A stretch of DNA of 56,497 bases from an uncultured Clostridia bacterium (GTDB lineage Bacteria; Bacillota; Clostridia; Peptostreptococcales; Anaerovoracaceae): positions 1-56,497 of the forward strand of contig CAMFZN010000001.1 in the NCBI GenBank assembly GCA_946006945.1, given 5' to 3'. This document shows, in pieces, positions 27,615 through 36,193 of this stretch. Position 1 is the stretch's first letter, and every line of letters starts with the position of its first letter. The notes under the pieces are model-generated. The model was not told the DNA's origin and searched no databases. It saw only the letters and a list, made by a program, of their open reading frames with translations. The translations under genes and the position numbers were made by a program.

Positions 27615-28073
27615 ATGGTTAAAGAAGTTAATCTTCAGGAAATGAAGGATTTCTGCAAGGAGAATTTCACTACAGGATATATGTGCTCAGAGAGCGTTCT
27701 CGATACTCTTAACAGATTCTACGACCTCGGCATCGGAGAGGAGGCAATTGCGCTAAGCACAGGCTTCCCTTACGGCTTCGGTGATGGAGGCAATGTATGC
27801 GGAGGAGTTGCAGGCGCAACTATGGCGTTAGGCAAAATATTCGGTCGTACAGTCAAGGGTGACCCGGCTTACGAGAAGTGCATCGCAGTAGTTCGTGAGC
27901 TTAACGATGATGTAGCTGAAGCTTACAAGACAAGCATCTGCCCTGACCTTATTGCTGACTACGAGTTTGCTACACCTGAGAGAAAGACACACTGCACAAA
28001 CATTCTTTATGTAATCCTAGAGTCATTCGCCAATATTGTAGAAAGAGAATGCGGAGTCAAAGTTATCAGATAG
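27615..28073 (+). CDS. C_GCAxxG_C_C family (putative redox-active) protein
   Basis: ORF 27609..28073. ATG 27615 is preferred (GGAGG 9 nt upstream). It has the motifs GYMCSESV and CGGVAGATMALG, with C-terminal Cys residues. Confidence 0.7.
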   Translation: MVKEVNLQEMKDFCKENFTTGYMCSESVLDTLNRFYDLGIGEEAIALSTGFPYGFGDGGNVCGGVAGATMALGKIFGRTVKGDPAYEKCIAVVRELNDDVAEAYKTSICPDLIADYEFATPERKTHCTNILYVILESFANIVERECGVKVIR

Positions 28074-28112
28074 TATTGCAAGCATCCAGGCGATACCATA
28101 TTTGAACAATTT

Positions 28113-28153
28113 AAACGGGCCGGTCGCTGATGCGACCGGCCCGAATTTGTTTC
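28113..28153. terminator. bidirectional intrinsic terminator
   Basis: GGGCCGGTCGC-TGAT-GCGACCGGCCC: a perfect 11-bp GC-rich stem between convergent genes. Confidence 0.85.
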
Positions 28154-28160
28154 TATTGAC

Positions 28161-29498
28161 TTATGCAAGCTCAATTGCGTGGTACTTCTTCTTACCCTTC
28201 TGAAGAATGCACTTGCCATCCTCGAAGCAGTCAAGTGTTACAGCGAAGCCCTTGTCTGTTACCTGCTCGCCGTTTACTCTTGCGCCGCCTCCCTTGATAG
28301 TTCTGTAAGCCTCAGAAGTTGATGGCTCAAGGCCAACCTCCTTCATGAGAGCAGCAAGACCGTAGCCCTCGCCCTCGAATGCTGACTTCTCCATCTTTGT
28401 TGTTGGCATGTTCTCTGATACTCCGCCGCCTGCGAATACAGCTCTTGAAGCCTCGAGAGCCTGCTTAGCCTTCTCCTCACCATGGACGAACTTGGTGATT
28501 TCGTAAGCAGCAACCTCCTTAGCCTCGTTGATTGCTGATCCCTCAAGAGCGCTCAGTCTGTTAACCTCATCCATTGGGAGGAATGTGAGCATTCTGAGTA
28601 CCATGTTAACATCAGCATCGTCGATATTTCTCCAGTACTGGAAGAAGTCGTATACAGATACTCTGTTCTCATCGAGCCAGAGCGCGCCTGACGCAGTCTT
28701 TCCCATCTTCTGTCCGTCAGACTTGGTAAGAAGGTTAGTTGTAAGACCGTAAACCTCGATATCCGAAAGCTTTCTTGACATGTCGATTCCCGCAATGATG
28801 TTTGACCACTGGTCATTTCCGCCGAACTGCATCTTGAGTCCGAAGTCTCTAGCCATTACGTAGAAGTCGTAGCCCTGCATCAGCATGTAGTTGAACTCGA
28901 AGAACGAAAGACCGCCCTCCTCAGCTCTCTTCTTGAAGCACTCAGCTCTGAGCATCTCCTTAACGTTGAACTTTGATCCAACCTCTCTTACGAAGTCAAC
29001 GTAGTTAAGAGGTCTGAGCCAGTGAGCGTTGTTAACGTGAACGCACATTCCAGGCTCAGGAGTCTTTGTCTCATGTCCCGGAACATATACACCCTCGTTG
29101 CCTACGTACTTCCACTCCTCATCGAAAGGAAGGAATCTGTCAAAAAGATTCTTGAACTGCATGCAGTTGTTGTCGATCTCCTCAACAGTCATGATTCTTC
29201 TGATATCACTTCTGCCTGAAGGGTCGCCTACCATTCCTGTTCCTCCACCGATAAGAGCTACAGGAGTGTGTCCGTACTTGAGCATGTACAGGAATACTAT
29301 TACCTGAATCATGTGACCTACATGGAGACAGTCAGCTGTTGGGTCGAAGCCGATGTAGAACTTGATCTTCTCCTCGCCGAGAAGCTTTCTTACTGCCTCA
29401 GGATTGGTACACTGAGCAATAATTCCTCTTTCCTCAAGTACGTCATAAACGTTGTCAAACTTACTGATATTATCTGGAATCGGATTTACAAAAGCCAT
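28161..29498 (-). CDS. tyrS: tyrosine--tRNA ligase
   Basis: 445-aa ORF with the class-I motifs CLHVGHM (HIGH-like) and KMGKT (KMSKS-like), plus a C-terminal S4-like domain. Confidence 0.9.
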   Translation of the reverse strand: MAFVNPIPDNISKFDNVYDVLEERGIIAQCTNPEAVRKLLGEEKIKFYIGFDPTADCLHVGHMIQVIVFLYMLKYGHTPVALIGGGTGMVGDPSGRSDIRRIMTVEEIDNNCMQFKNLFDRFLPFDEEWKYVGNEGVYVPGHETKTPEPGMCVHVNNAHWLRPLNYVDFVREVGSKFNVKEMLRAECFKKRAEEGGLSFFEFNYMLMQGYDFYVMARDFGLKMQFGGNDQWSNIIAGIDMSRKLSDIEVYGLTTNLLTKSDGQKMGKTASGALWLDENRVSVYDFFQYWRNIDDADVNMVLRMLTFLPMDEVNRLSALEGSAINEAKEVAAYEITKFVHGEEKAKQALEASRAVFAGGGVSENMPTTKMEKSAFEGEGYGLAALMKEVGLEPSTSEAYRTIKGGGARVNGEQVTDKGFAVTLDCFEDGKCILQKGKKKYHAIELA

Positions 29499-29560
29499 TT
29501 CTATATTTCCCCTTTCATTTGTATAGCCTTTATCCCGGTCCTGCCGGGCAGGAGGCCCTT

Positions 29561-30196
29561 CTACTTCGTGCCGAACAATCTGTCACCTGCGTCACCCAGA
29601 CCCGGAACGATATATGCGTTCTCGTTAAGATGATCATCCTTAGCTCCGACGAAAACATCCACATCAGGATGAGCCTCTGTGAGAGCCTTGATTCCCTCAG
29701 GTGCAGCTATGAGACACATGAAGCAGATATCCTTAGCGCCTCTCTTCTTTATCATATCGATTGCCGCAACGGCACTTCCGCCTGTTGCCAGCATAGGATC
29801 GATTACAATCATTCTTCTCTTGTCAATGTCTGCCGGAAGCTTGCAGTAGTACTCAACAGGCTCGTGAGTCTCAGGATCCCTGTAAAGACCGATATGTCCA
29901 ACCTTCGCATTAGGCACAAGCTCGAGAATTCCGTCAACGAATCCGAGGCCTGCCCTCAGAATCGGAACAATCGCGATATCCTCGCCGTCAAGCATCTTTA
30001 CGGTAGTCTTGCAGAGCGGAGTCTCAATCTCAACATCCTTGAGAGGAAGATTCCTTGTCACCTCGAAGCCCATGAGAAGTCCAACCTCTCTTACGAGCTC
30101 ACGAAACTCCTTGCTTGTAGTCTCCTTCATTCTGATCTTTCCAATCTTGTGCTGAATGAGCGGATGATTGAATACCATTACCTTATCGTTATCCAT
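29561..30196 (-). CDS. upp: uracil phosphoribosyltransferase
   Basis: ORF 29561..30214. ATG 30196 is preferred (GGAGG 6 nt upstream). It has [15 protein letters not shown] and the PRPP loop [12 protein letters not shown]. Confidence 0.9.
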   Translation of the reverse strand: MDNDKVMVFNHPLIQHKIGKIRMKETTSKEFRELVREVGLLMGFEVTRNLPLKDVEIETPLCKTTVKMLDGEDIAIVPILRAGLGFVDGILELVPNAKVGHIGLYRDPETHEPVEYYCKLPADIDKRRMIVIDPMLATGGSAVAAIDMIKKRGAKDICFMCLIAAPEGIKALTEAHPDVDVFVGAKDDHLNENAYIVPGLGDAGDRLFGTK

Positions 30197-30269
30197 ATTA
30201 ACCTCCTGTAACAACCGTTAACGTGCAAAATCGCTTTTCACATGCCGAAGCATTCCGTGAAGCTGCAGA

Positions 30270-30701
30270 CTAGTCCTCGTCGAGCATGTTGATTCTGCGA
30301 AGATGCTTGCCGCCCTCGAACTCAGTCTCGAGCCACTTGTCTACCATTGCAAAAGCAAGCTCCTTGCTTATCATTCTCGCACCCATTGCGATTACATTCG
30401 CATTGTTGTGTCTTCTGCACATCTCCGCCATCTCAACCGATGTACAAAGAGCGCATCTCACACCTTTTACCTTATTGCATGCGATGGAGATTCCTATGCC
30501 GGAGCCGCAAATAACGATTCCTCTCTCAGCCTCTCCGTCAGCAACTGCTCTTCCGACAGCCTTTCCGTAGATTGGATAGTCCACAGAATCTGATGAATGG
30601 GTTCCAACATCGATTACCTCGTGGCCCGCATCGATCAGTTTCTGCTTAACCTCCTCCTTAAGCGGAAAGCCTGCGTGATCGCAACCAATTACAATCTTCA
30701 T
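30270..30701 (-). CDS. rpiB: ribose-5-phosphate isomerase B
   Basis: 143-aa ORF with MKIVIGCDHAGFPLKE and ICGSGIGISIACNK, both typical of RpiB/LacAB. Confidence 0.9.
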   Translation of the reverse strand: MKIVIGCDHAGFPLKEEVKQKLIDAGHEVIDVGTHSSDSVDYPIYGKAVGRAVADGEAERGIVICGSGIGISIACNKVKGVRCALCTSVEMAEMCRRHNNANVIAMGARMISKELAFAMVDKWLETEFEGGKHLRRINMLDED

Positions 30702-30719
30702 AGCTATTACTTCCCTTCG

Positions 30720-31721
30720 TTAAATAATTACTTCGTAGCCCGCACTCTTAAGCATGCGGTTCATTATTGAAAATCCAAGTCCCTCTCTCGCAAGAGGTCT
30801 GACAAGGATAGTTTCAACACCCTCTCTGTCGAGTCTTCGAAGATCTGAGAAAAAGCTGTGTGCAGCCTCCATGGAATCCTCCCCATAGTCTAATACTGCG
30901 ACGCTTGTGCCTTTTTTCTCAAATTCCTCTCTCCTCGCATCTATGTCACCCTCGACGATTATCACTCTGGCCTTAGGGGCATAATGCTTGTATTTCATTC
31001 CGGGCGACCTTGGTCTGAAGCCATTAATCTCAGCTGCCCCGCCCTCAGGATCGAGCACCTCAGAGTGAACCTCCTTAAGGCTGCTGTCGTAAACAGCAAC
31101 AATTCCTGTCCTCTCCTCTATGAGCTCAGGCGTTACAAAGCCCGGTCTCAGAATTACAGGAATATCTCCGGTCACATCGAGCACAGTAGATTCGATTCCT
31201 ACCTTGGAGCTCTCTCCCTCGATGACCGCATCGATTATTCCATCCATGTCCTCGAGCACATCGCCCGCATTTGTAGGACTCGGCTTCCCGCTTATGTTGG
31301 CGCTAGGTGCCGCAATCGGTCTTCCCGATGCAAGAATGAGTCTTCTTGCGGTCTCGCTCGAAGGCATTCTTATCGCTACCGTATCAAGTCCTCCGGTAGT
31401 AACCGATGGAACGACAGCCTTCTTGTGCAAAACAAAGGTTATAGGTCCCGGCCAGAATTCCTCCATCAGCCTTGCCGCCGTTTCGCTTACCTCCGATGCA
31501 AGTTCCTCTGCCGCATCAATGGTCGCGATGTGGACGATCATCGGATTGTCGCTTGGGCGGCCTTTTGCACGATAAATAGAGGATACCGCCTCTTCATTCA
31601 GTGCATCGGCTCCAAGTCCGTAGACCGTCTCGGTGGGGAAAGCGACAAGTCCGCCGGAGCGGATTATCTCGCCGGCTCTTTCTATGTCATCTTCACTGGT
31701 ATTCAGTCTTAAGGTTACCAT
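30720..31721 (-). CDS. tsaC: L-threonylcarbamoyladenylate synthase (Sua5/YwlC type, with Sua5 C-terminal domain)
   Basis: 333-aa ORF with FPTETVYGLGADAL, KGRPSDNPMIVH and APSANISGKPSPT. Confidence 0.9.
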   Translation of the reverse strand: MVTLRLNTSEDDIERAGEIIRSGGLVAFPTETVYGLGADALNEEAVSSIYRAKGRPSDNPMIVHIATIDAAEELASEVSETAARLMEEFWPGPITFVLHKKAVVPSVTTGGLDTVAIRMPSSETARRLILASGRPIAAPSANISGKPSPTNAGDVLEDMDGIIDAVIEGESSKVGIESTVLDVTGDIPVILRPGFVTPELIEERTGIVAVYDSSLKEVHSEVLDPEGGAAEINGFRPRSPGMKYKHYAPKARVIIVEGDIDARREEFEKKGTSVAVLDYGEDSMEAAHSFFSDLRRLDREGVETILVRPLAREGLGFSIMNRMLKSAGYEVII

Positions 31722-31737
31722 CTGGTCACTTCCTAAG

Positions 31738-32808
31738 CTATATTCCGAATTCCTTCATCTTCTCGGCCTGATCCTGAGTGATGAGTCCGTCGATTGCCTC
31801 ATCGATATCTCCGTCGAGGAACTGGTCGAGCTTGTACAGTGTAAGGTTAATTCTGTGATCTGTGATTCTTCCCTGTGGGAAGTTGTAGGTTCTGATTCTC
31901 TCAGATCTGTCACCTGAGCCTACCTGGCTTCTTCTCTCAGCAGAAATCTTGTCGTTCTGCTCCTGAAGCATCATGTCGTAGAGTCTTGCCTTAAGAACCT
32001 TGAACGCCTTGTCCTTGTTCTTGAGCTGTGACTTCTCGTCCTGACATGTTACAACAAGTCCTGTAGGAAGGTGAGTAAGTCTTACTGCGGAGTCGGTTGT
32101 ATTTACGCACTGTCCGCCGTTTCCTGACGCTCTGTATACGTCAACTCTTACGTCGTTAGGGTCAATATGAACCTCAACGTCGTCTACCTCAGGAAGAACT
32201 GCGATTGTTGCAGCTGAAGTGTGAATTCTTCCTGATGACTCAGTCTCAGGAACTCTCTGTACTCTGTGAGTGCCGCTCTCGTACTTAAGTCTTGAGTAAG
32301 CCCCCTTACCCTTGATAAGTACTACAGCCTCCTTGATTCCGCCGATTCCTGTATCGTTCATCTCGATGATTTCTGTCTTCCATCTGTGTCTCTCAGCGTA
32401 GCGCAGGTACATTCTAAGAAGATCGTTACCGAAGAGTGCAGCCTCGTCACCGCCTGTTCCGGCTCTTACCTCGAGGATTACATTCTTCTCATCGTTAGGG
32501 TCCTTAGGAAGAAGCAGAATCTTCATGTCCTCCTCAGACTTCTCGATTGCCTCCTCAAGCTCCTTGATCTCCTCCCTTGCCATCTCTCTCATCTCGTCAT
32601 CGTCCTCAGACTCGAAGATCTCCTTGGCGTCGGCAAGAGCTTCCTTATTCTTCTTGTACTGCTCGTACTCCTTTACGATAGGCTCCATCTCGCCCATCTC
32701 TTTCATGTACTTCTGCCATACAGACTGGTTGGCAATGATCTCAGGGTCAGATACCTTCTCTGAGAGCTCTCTATATTTCTCAAGTATGAAATCTAGTTTA
32801 TCAAACAT
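31738..32808 (-). CDS. prfA: peptide chain release factor 1
   Basis: 356-aa ORF with the GGQ motif ([16 protein letters not shown]) and an RF1-type N-terminal coiled region. Confidence 0.9.
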   Translation of the reverse strand: MFDKLDFILEKYRELSEKVSDPEIIANQSVWQKYMKEMGEMEPIVKEYEQYKKNKEALADAKEIFESEDDDEMREMAREEIKELEEAIEKSEEDMKILLLPKDPNDEKNVILEVRAGTGGDEAALFGNDLLRMYLRYAERHRWKTEIIEMNDTGIGGIKEAVVLIKGKGAYSRLKYESGTHRVQRVPETESSGRIHTSAATIAVLPEVDDVEVHIDPNDVRVDVYRASGNGGQCVNTTDSAVRLTHLPTGLVVTCQDEKSQLKNKDKAFKVLKARLYDMMLQEQNDKISAERRSQVGSGDRSERIRTYNFPQGRITDHRINLTLYKLDQFLDGDIDEAIDGLITQDQAEKMKEFGI

Positions 32809-32854
32809 AATTACTCCTGTTTTCTTTAATGTAAAAAGATTTTTTCGAATATAT

Positions 32855-32863
32855 ATTATAACA
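32855..32863 (-). promoter_or_regulatory. extended -10 element (TGTTATAAT) upstream of prfA
   Basis: The reverse complement of ATTATAACA at 32855-32863. It lies between the rpmE terminator and the prfA start. Confidence 0.4.
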
Positions 32864-32957
32864 GATTTTGCGGCAATTGTTGTTACTTCCGCTTAAGAAG
32901 TTCTATTTTTTTGCACCTCGTTCGCCGCAGGGACGCAGAGGTAACTCAAAAGAGTGC

Positions 32958-32988
32958 ATAAAAAAGGATCCTCCTATTCGAGGACCCT
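32958..32988 (-). terminator. intrinsic terminator after rpmE
   Basis: On the minus strand, GGGTCCTC-GAATA-GGAGGATCC (imperfect stem) followed by TTTTTT. Confidence 0.55.
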
Positions 32989-33000
32989 TGACGTCTTTGA

Positions 33001-33198
33001 TTACAGGTTGTACTTATTCTTGAACTTCTCAACACGTCCGCCACGGTTAGCAAACTTCTGCTGACCAGTGAAGAATGGGTGACACTCTGAACAGATGTCT
33101 ACTCTCATCTCTTCCTTGTCAGAAAGTGTTGTGAAAGTATTACCACATGCGCAAGTTACTTTACATTCCTTGTAATCAGGATGGATTCCTTCTCTCAT
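33001..33198 (-). CDS. rpmE: 50S ribosomal protein L31 (Zn-ribbon type A)
   Basis: 65-aa [25 protein letters not shown]...[13 protein letters not shown] with the CxC...CxxC zinc motif. Confidence 0.95.
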   Translation of the reverse strand: MREGIHPDYKECKVTCACGNTFTTLSDKEEMRVDICSECHPFFTGQQKFANRGGRVEKFKNKYNL

Positions 33199-33250
33199 GT
33201 TACTATCCTCTTTCTTAAAGTATTACTGTATACTTGAACACAGCGCAAAT

Positions 33251-33279
33251 ATTATAGCAAAAGCAATAGTAATACACAA
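33251..33279 (-). promoter_or_regulatory. candidate rpmE promoter
   Basis: On the minus strand: TTGTGT (33279-33274), 17-nt spacer, TATAAT (33256-33251), with an extended TGc immediately upstream. Confidence 0.5.
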
Positions 33280-33331
33280 GTAAAAATGTTATATTAGTCA
33301 CTGTAAATTGTATTTTTTTGAGGGTGTTATT

Positions 33332-34204
33332 ATGTTTAATCTGGAAGAACAGAGCAAGGGCACGGTCATTCTTCGTCTCTTTCTGCTCACCATTGCCTCT
33401 CTTATTATGGCAATGAACATCAATACGTTTATTACTTACGGTGACCTTTTCCCCGGAGGCTTCACCGGACTGACAGTTCTCATTCAGAGAATAGGAGCTA
33501 AGTATTTCAGCGTCACCATTCCTTTCTCTCTTGTCAATGTTCCTTTGAACCTCGCTGCGGCAGTTCTCGGCTTCAAGCATATAGGAAAGAAGTTCACGGC
33601 TTATTCGCTTTATGTAATACTTCTGTCGTCTTTCTTTACCGACCTTCTGCCTAAGTATGCAGTTACATATGACATTCTGCTCATCACACTTTTCGGTGCT
33701 GTTATGCAGGCAATAGGAATGGTAATCTGTCTGAGAGCAAGCGCATGCTCAGGCGGTACGGACTTCATCTCTCTCTACCTTTCGGAGAAGAAGGGTATCA
33801 ATGCTTGGAACTATATTTTTGCATACAATGTATGTCTCTATATCGTGGCCGGTGTTCTCTTCGGTTTCGATAAAGCTATGTACTCGATGATATATCAGTT
33901 CGCAATCACTCAGATTCTGAATATCATGAACAAAAGATATCAGAAGCACACCATGTGGATTGTCACCGACAAGCCGGATGAGGTTTATCTCGTGATCAGT
34001 GACAACACCCACCACGGAGCGACCCTGTTCAAGGGCAGGGGCTTCTATCAGGGAAGGGAGCAGAACGTTGTTTACTCAGTTGTTAACAGCGATGAGGTAA
34101 GCAAGCTCACCAAGTGCATCCTCGACATAGACCCTCATGCCTTCATCAACAGCGTGAAGACAGACAATGTCTATGGTAATTTCTACAACAGACCTAAAGA
34201 ATAA
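33332..34204 (+). CDS. YitT family membrane protein (second paralogue)
   Basis: ORF 33308..34204. ATG 33332 is preferred (GAGGGTG RBS). The architecture matches 17731..18651, including a C-terminal DUF2179-like IDPHAFINSVKTDNVYGNF. Confidence 0.7.
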   Translation: MFNLEEQSKGTVILRLFLLTIASLIMAMNINTFITYGDLFPGGFTGLTVLIQRIGAKYFSVTIPFSLVNVPLNLAAAVLGFKHIGKKFTAYSLYVILLSSFFTDLLPKYAVTYDILLITLFGAVMQAIGMVICLRASACSGGTDFISLYLSEKKGINAWNYIFAYNVCLYIVAGVLFGFDKAMYSMIYQFAITQILNIMNKRYQKHTMWIVTDKPDEVYLVISDNTHHGATLFKGRGFYQGREQNVVYSVVNSDEVSKLTKCILDIDPHAFINSVKTDNVYGNFYNRPKE

Positions 34205-34219
34205 TCTTCGGATTCATGC

Positions 34220-34268
34220 AAAAAGACCGGGTAGGGTGATTCAAGCATCCCGCCCGGTCGTTATTTTA
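34220..34268. terminator. bidirectional terminator between YitT and the aldehyde dehydrogenase gene
   Basis: AAAAAGACCGGGTAGGG...CCCGCCCGGTCGTTATTTT: a GC-rich imperfect stem with flanking A/T runs. Confidence 0.6.
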
Positions 34269-35645
34269 TTTCATGAAGAAGCGAATCAGCTTCTCGTTAA
34301 TTCCTTTATATGGTTGATATCTCATCGGAAGATCTATCCAGCACTTCTTGTCAACAATGCTTTTCCTGTGGCTGAAGGTCTCAAAGCCGACCTTTCCGTG
34401 GTATGCTCCCATGCCGCTTGCACCGAAGCCTCCGAAGCCCATCTCACTTGTTGCGAGATGAATTATCGTGTCGTTTACGCATCCGCCGCCGAATCCGCAC
34501 TGTTCTGTAACCCTCTTAATTGCATTTTTGTTCGAAGAGAAGATATACAGAGCCAGCGGACTGTCGCCTGAGTTGATTCCGGATATAACCTCATCAAGGC
34601 TTTCGAAGGTAAGAACAGGCATTATCGGACCGAAGATCTCCTCCTTCATCACCGCATCCTCCGGCGTTACATCAGCCATTACTGTTGGCTCAATCTTTAG
34701 AGTCTCGCGGCAGCTTCCTCCACCGATGACGACTTTACCTGGATCTATGAGAGAGCAGATTCTGTCGAAATGCTTCTCGTTGATGATTCTGCCGTAGTCC
34801 GGGTTAGCCAGAGGACTGTCCCCGTACTGCCTCTTGATTTCTGTCATTACAGCATTGAGGAATCTGTCCTTCACCGAGCTGTGGCAGAGTATGTAGTCCG
34901 GAGCGACGCATGTCTGTCCGCAGTTAAGGTACTTGCCAAAGACGATTCTTCTCGCCGCAAGCTCTATATTTGCCGAACTGTCTACTATGCATGGACTCTT
35001 TCCACCAAGTTCCAGGGTTACAGGTGTGAGATATTCTGCCGCGTTTCGCATTACCTCCTTGCCGACACTCTTGCTTCCGGTGAAAAATATATAGTCAAAA
35101 TGCTCCTTAAGCAGTGCCTGGTTCTCCGCACGTCCGCCGGTTACCACGCTGACGTATCTTTCATCGAAGCATTCTGCTATTATCCTGCCGATTATCTCGC
35201 TTGTAGCAGGCGAGTATGCACTCGGCTTTAAAACCGCGGTGTTTCCGGCCGCAATCGCATCCACCAGAGGCTCCATAGCAAGCATGAAGGGGTAATTCCA
35301 CGGGCTCATTATCAGAACAACACCGTGAGGTGATGGCAGAGTGCAGCTCGATGCGTGAAACTGGGCGAGGGGAGTCATTGCTTTTTTGCCCTTGGCGAAT
35401 GCCCTTACGTGCTTGATCATGTATGTGATTTCGCTTAGAGTCATTCCGATTTCGCACATGTATCCCTCAACGCGGCTTTTGCCCAGATCCTTCTTAAGAG
35501 CCTCGTTTATCTCTTCCTCGTGAGAGATTATGCAGGCCTTCAGCCTTCTCAGCGCTGCTATTCTTGTGCTGACCTTAAGAGTATCGCCTGTCATGAAGTA
35601 CTCTCTTGATTCTTTGACCATTCTTCTTATTACTGCTGCATCCAT
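34266..35645 (-). CDS. aldehyde dehydrogenase family protein (ALDH3-like)
   Basis: 459-aa ORF with the catalytic motifs ELGGKSPCIV (Glu) and NCGQTCVAPDY (Cys). Confidence 0.85.
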   Translation of the reverse strand: MDAAVIRRMVKESREYFMTGDTLKVSTRIAALRRLKACIISHEEEINEALKKDLGKSRVEGYMCEIGMTLSEITYMIKHVRAFAKGKKAMTPLAQFHASSCTLPSPHGVVLIMSPWNYPFMLAMEPLVDAIAAGNTAVLKPSAYSPATSEIIGRIIAECFDERYVSVVTGGRAENQALLKEHFDYIFFTGSKSVGKEVMRNAAEYLTPVTLELGGKSPCIVDSSANIELAARRIVFGKYLNCGQTCVAPDYILCHSSVKDRFLNAVMTEIKRQYGDSPLANPDYGRIINEKHFDRICSLIDPGKVVIGGGSCRETLKIEPTVMADVTPEDAVMKEEIFGPIMPVLTFESLDEVISGINSGDSPLALYIFSSNKNAIKRVTEQCGFGGGCVNDTIIHLATSEMGFGGFGASGMGAYHGKVGFETFSHRKSIVDKKCWIDLPMRYQPYKGINEKLIRFFMK

Positions 35646-35974
35646 GAGAATTCACCTCTTCCGAATCTCTTCTTCATTTCTTTTATTTCAGTTATAAATG
35701 CCTGCGCCGTCTCCGTGGAATGATGCTGTAAGCATTTTTCTTCTGGCATCAAGGTCTGTTCCGTCATTGTACACCTTATCAGGATTTCTGAAAATAAGCC
35801 TTACGGCAAGAAGGGCATCTTTTCTCGTGTCCCTGGTAGTCGATCCTCCGATATAATGTATTCATTACAAAATCCTCACTTAAGTTAAATGTTGATATGT
35901 CAATATTATAGTATTAAGCTTCATCATTCCGTCTTTGTCAACAAAAAAACACTTTTCTTTTGTATATATTGCAG

Positions 35975-35980
35975 TATAAT
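35975..35980 (+). promoter_or_regulatory. candidate -10 box (TATAAT) of the rib operon promoter
   Basis: TATAAT lies 22 nt upstream of the riboswitch P1 stem. No clear -35 was seen. Confidence 0.35.
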
Positions 35981-36002
35981 AATTACAGTTAAATGAATTA
36001 GA

Positions 36003-36110
36003 TATCTTCAGGGCAGGGTGAAAGTCCCTACCGGCGGTAAAGCCCGCGAGCCGTAAGGCATGATTCGGTTAGATTCCGAAGCCGACAGTACAGTCTGGAT
36101 GAGAGAAGAT
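36003..36110 (+). promoter_or_regulatory. FMN riboswitch (RFN element)
   Basis: ATCTTCAGGGCAGGGTGAAAGTCCCTACCGGCGGTAAAGCCCGCGAGCC...GATTCCGAAGCCGACAGTACAGTCTGGATGAGAGAAGAT matches the conserved RFN core (GGGCAGGGTGAAA.TCCC.ACCGGCGGTA...GCCGACAGT..AGTCTGGATG.GAGAAG). P1 is ATCTTC/GAAGAT. It sits directly upstream of ribD. Confidence 0.92.
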
Positions 36111-36148
36111 TTATGTTATGCAACAGATATTCGAGATTATGCATTTCT

Positions 36149-36180
36149 ACCCTGATTGATATTCAATCAGGGTTTTTTGT
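36149..36180 (+). terminator. riboswitch expression-platform terminator
   Basis: CCCTGATTG-ATATT-CAATCAGGG (9-bp stem) followed by TTTTTT, 14 nt before the ribD ATG. Confidence 0.85.
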
Positions 36181-36193
36181 TTGGAGATTCGTT

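Noticed and set aside
29499-29560. GC palindrome (CCTGCC-G-GGCAGG) between upp and tyrS, considered as a terminator or attenuator
   Set aside because: The loop is too small for a stable hairpin as drawn, no U tract follows on the minus strand, and no T-box or antiterminator elements are present.
33215-33580. 121-aa minus-strand ORF between rpmE and the second YitT gene
   Set aside because: It overlaps the rpmE promoter region and the 5' end of the YitT CDS. It has no RBS and no recognisable features. The YitT reading frame explains the region.
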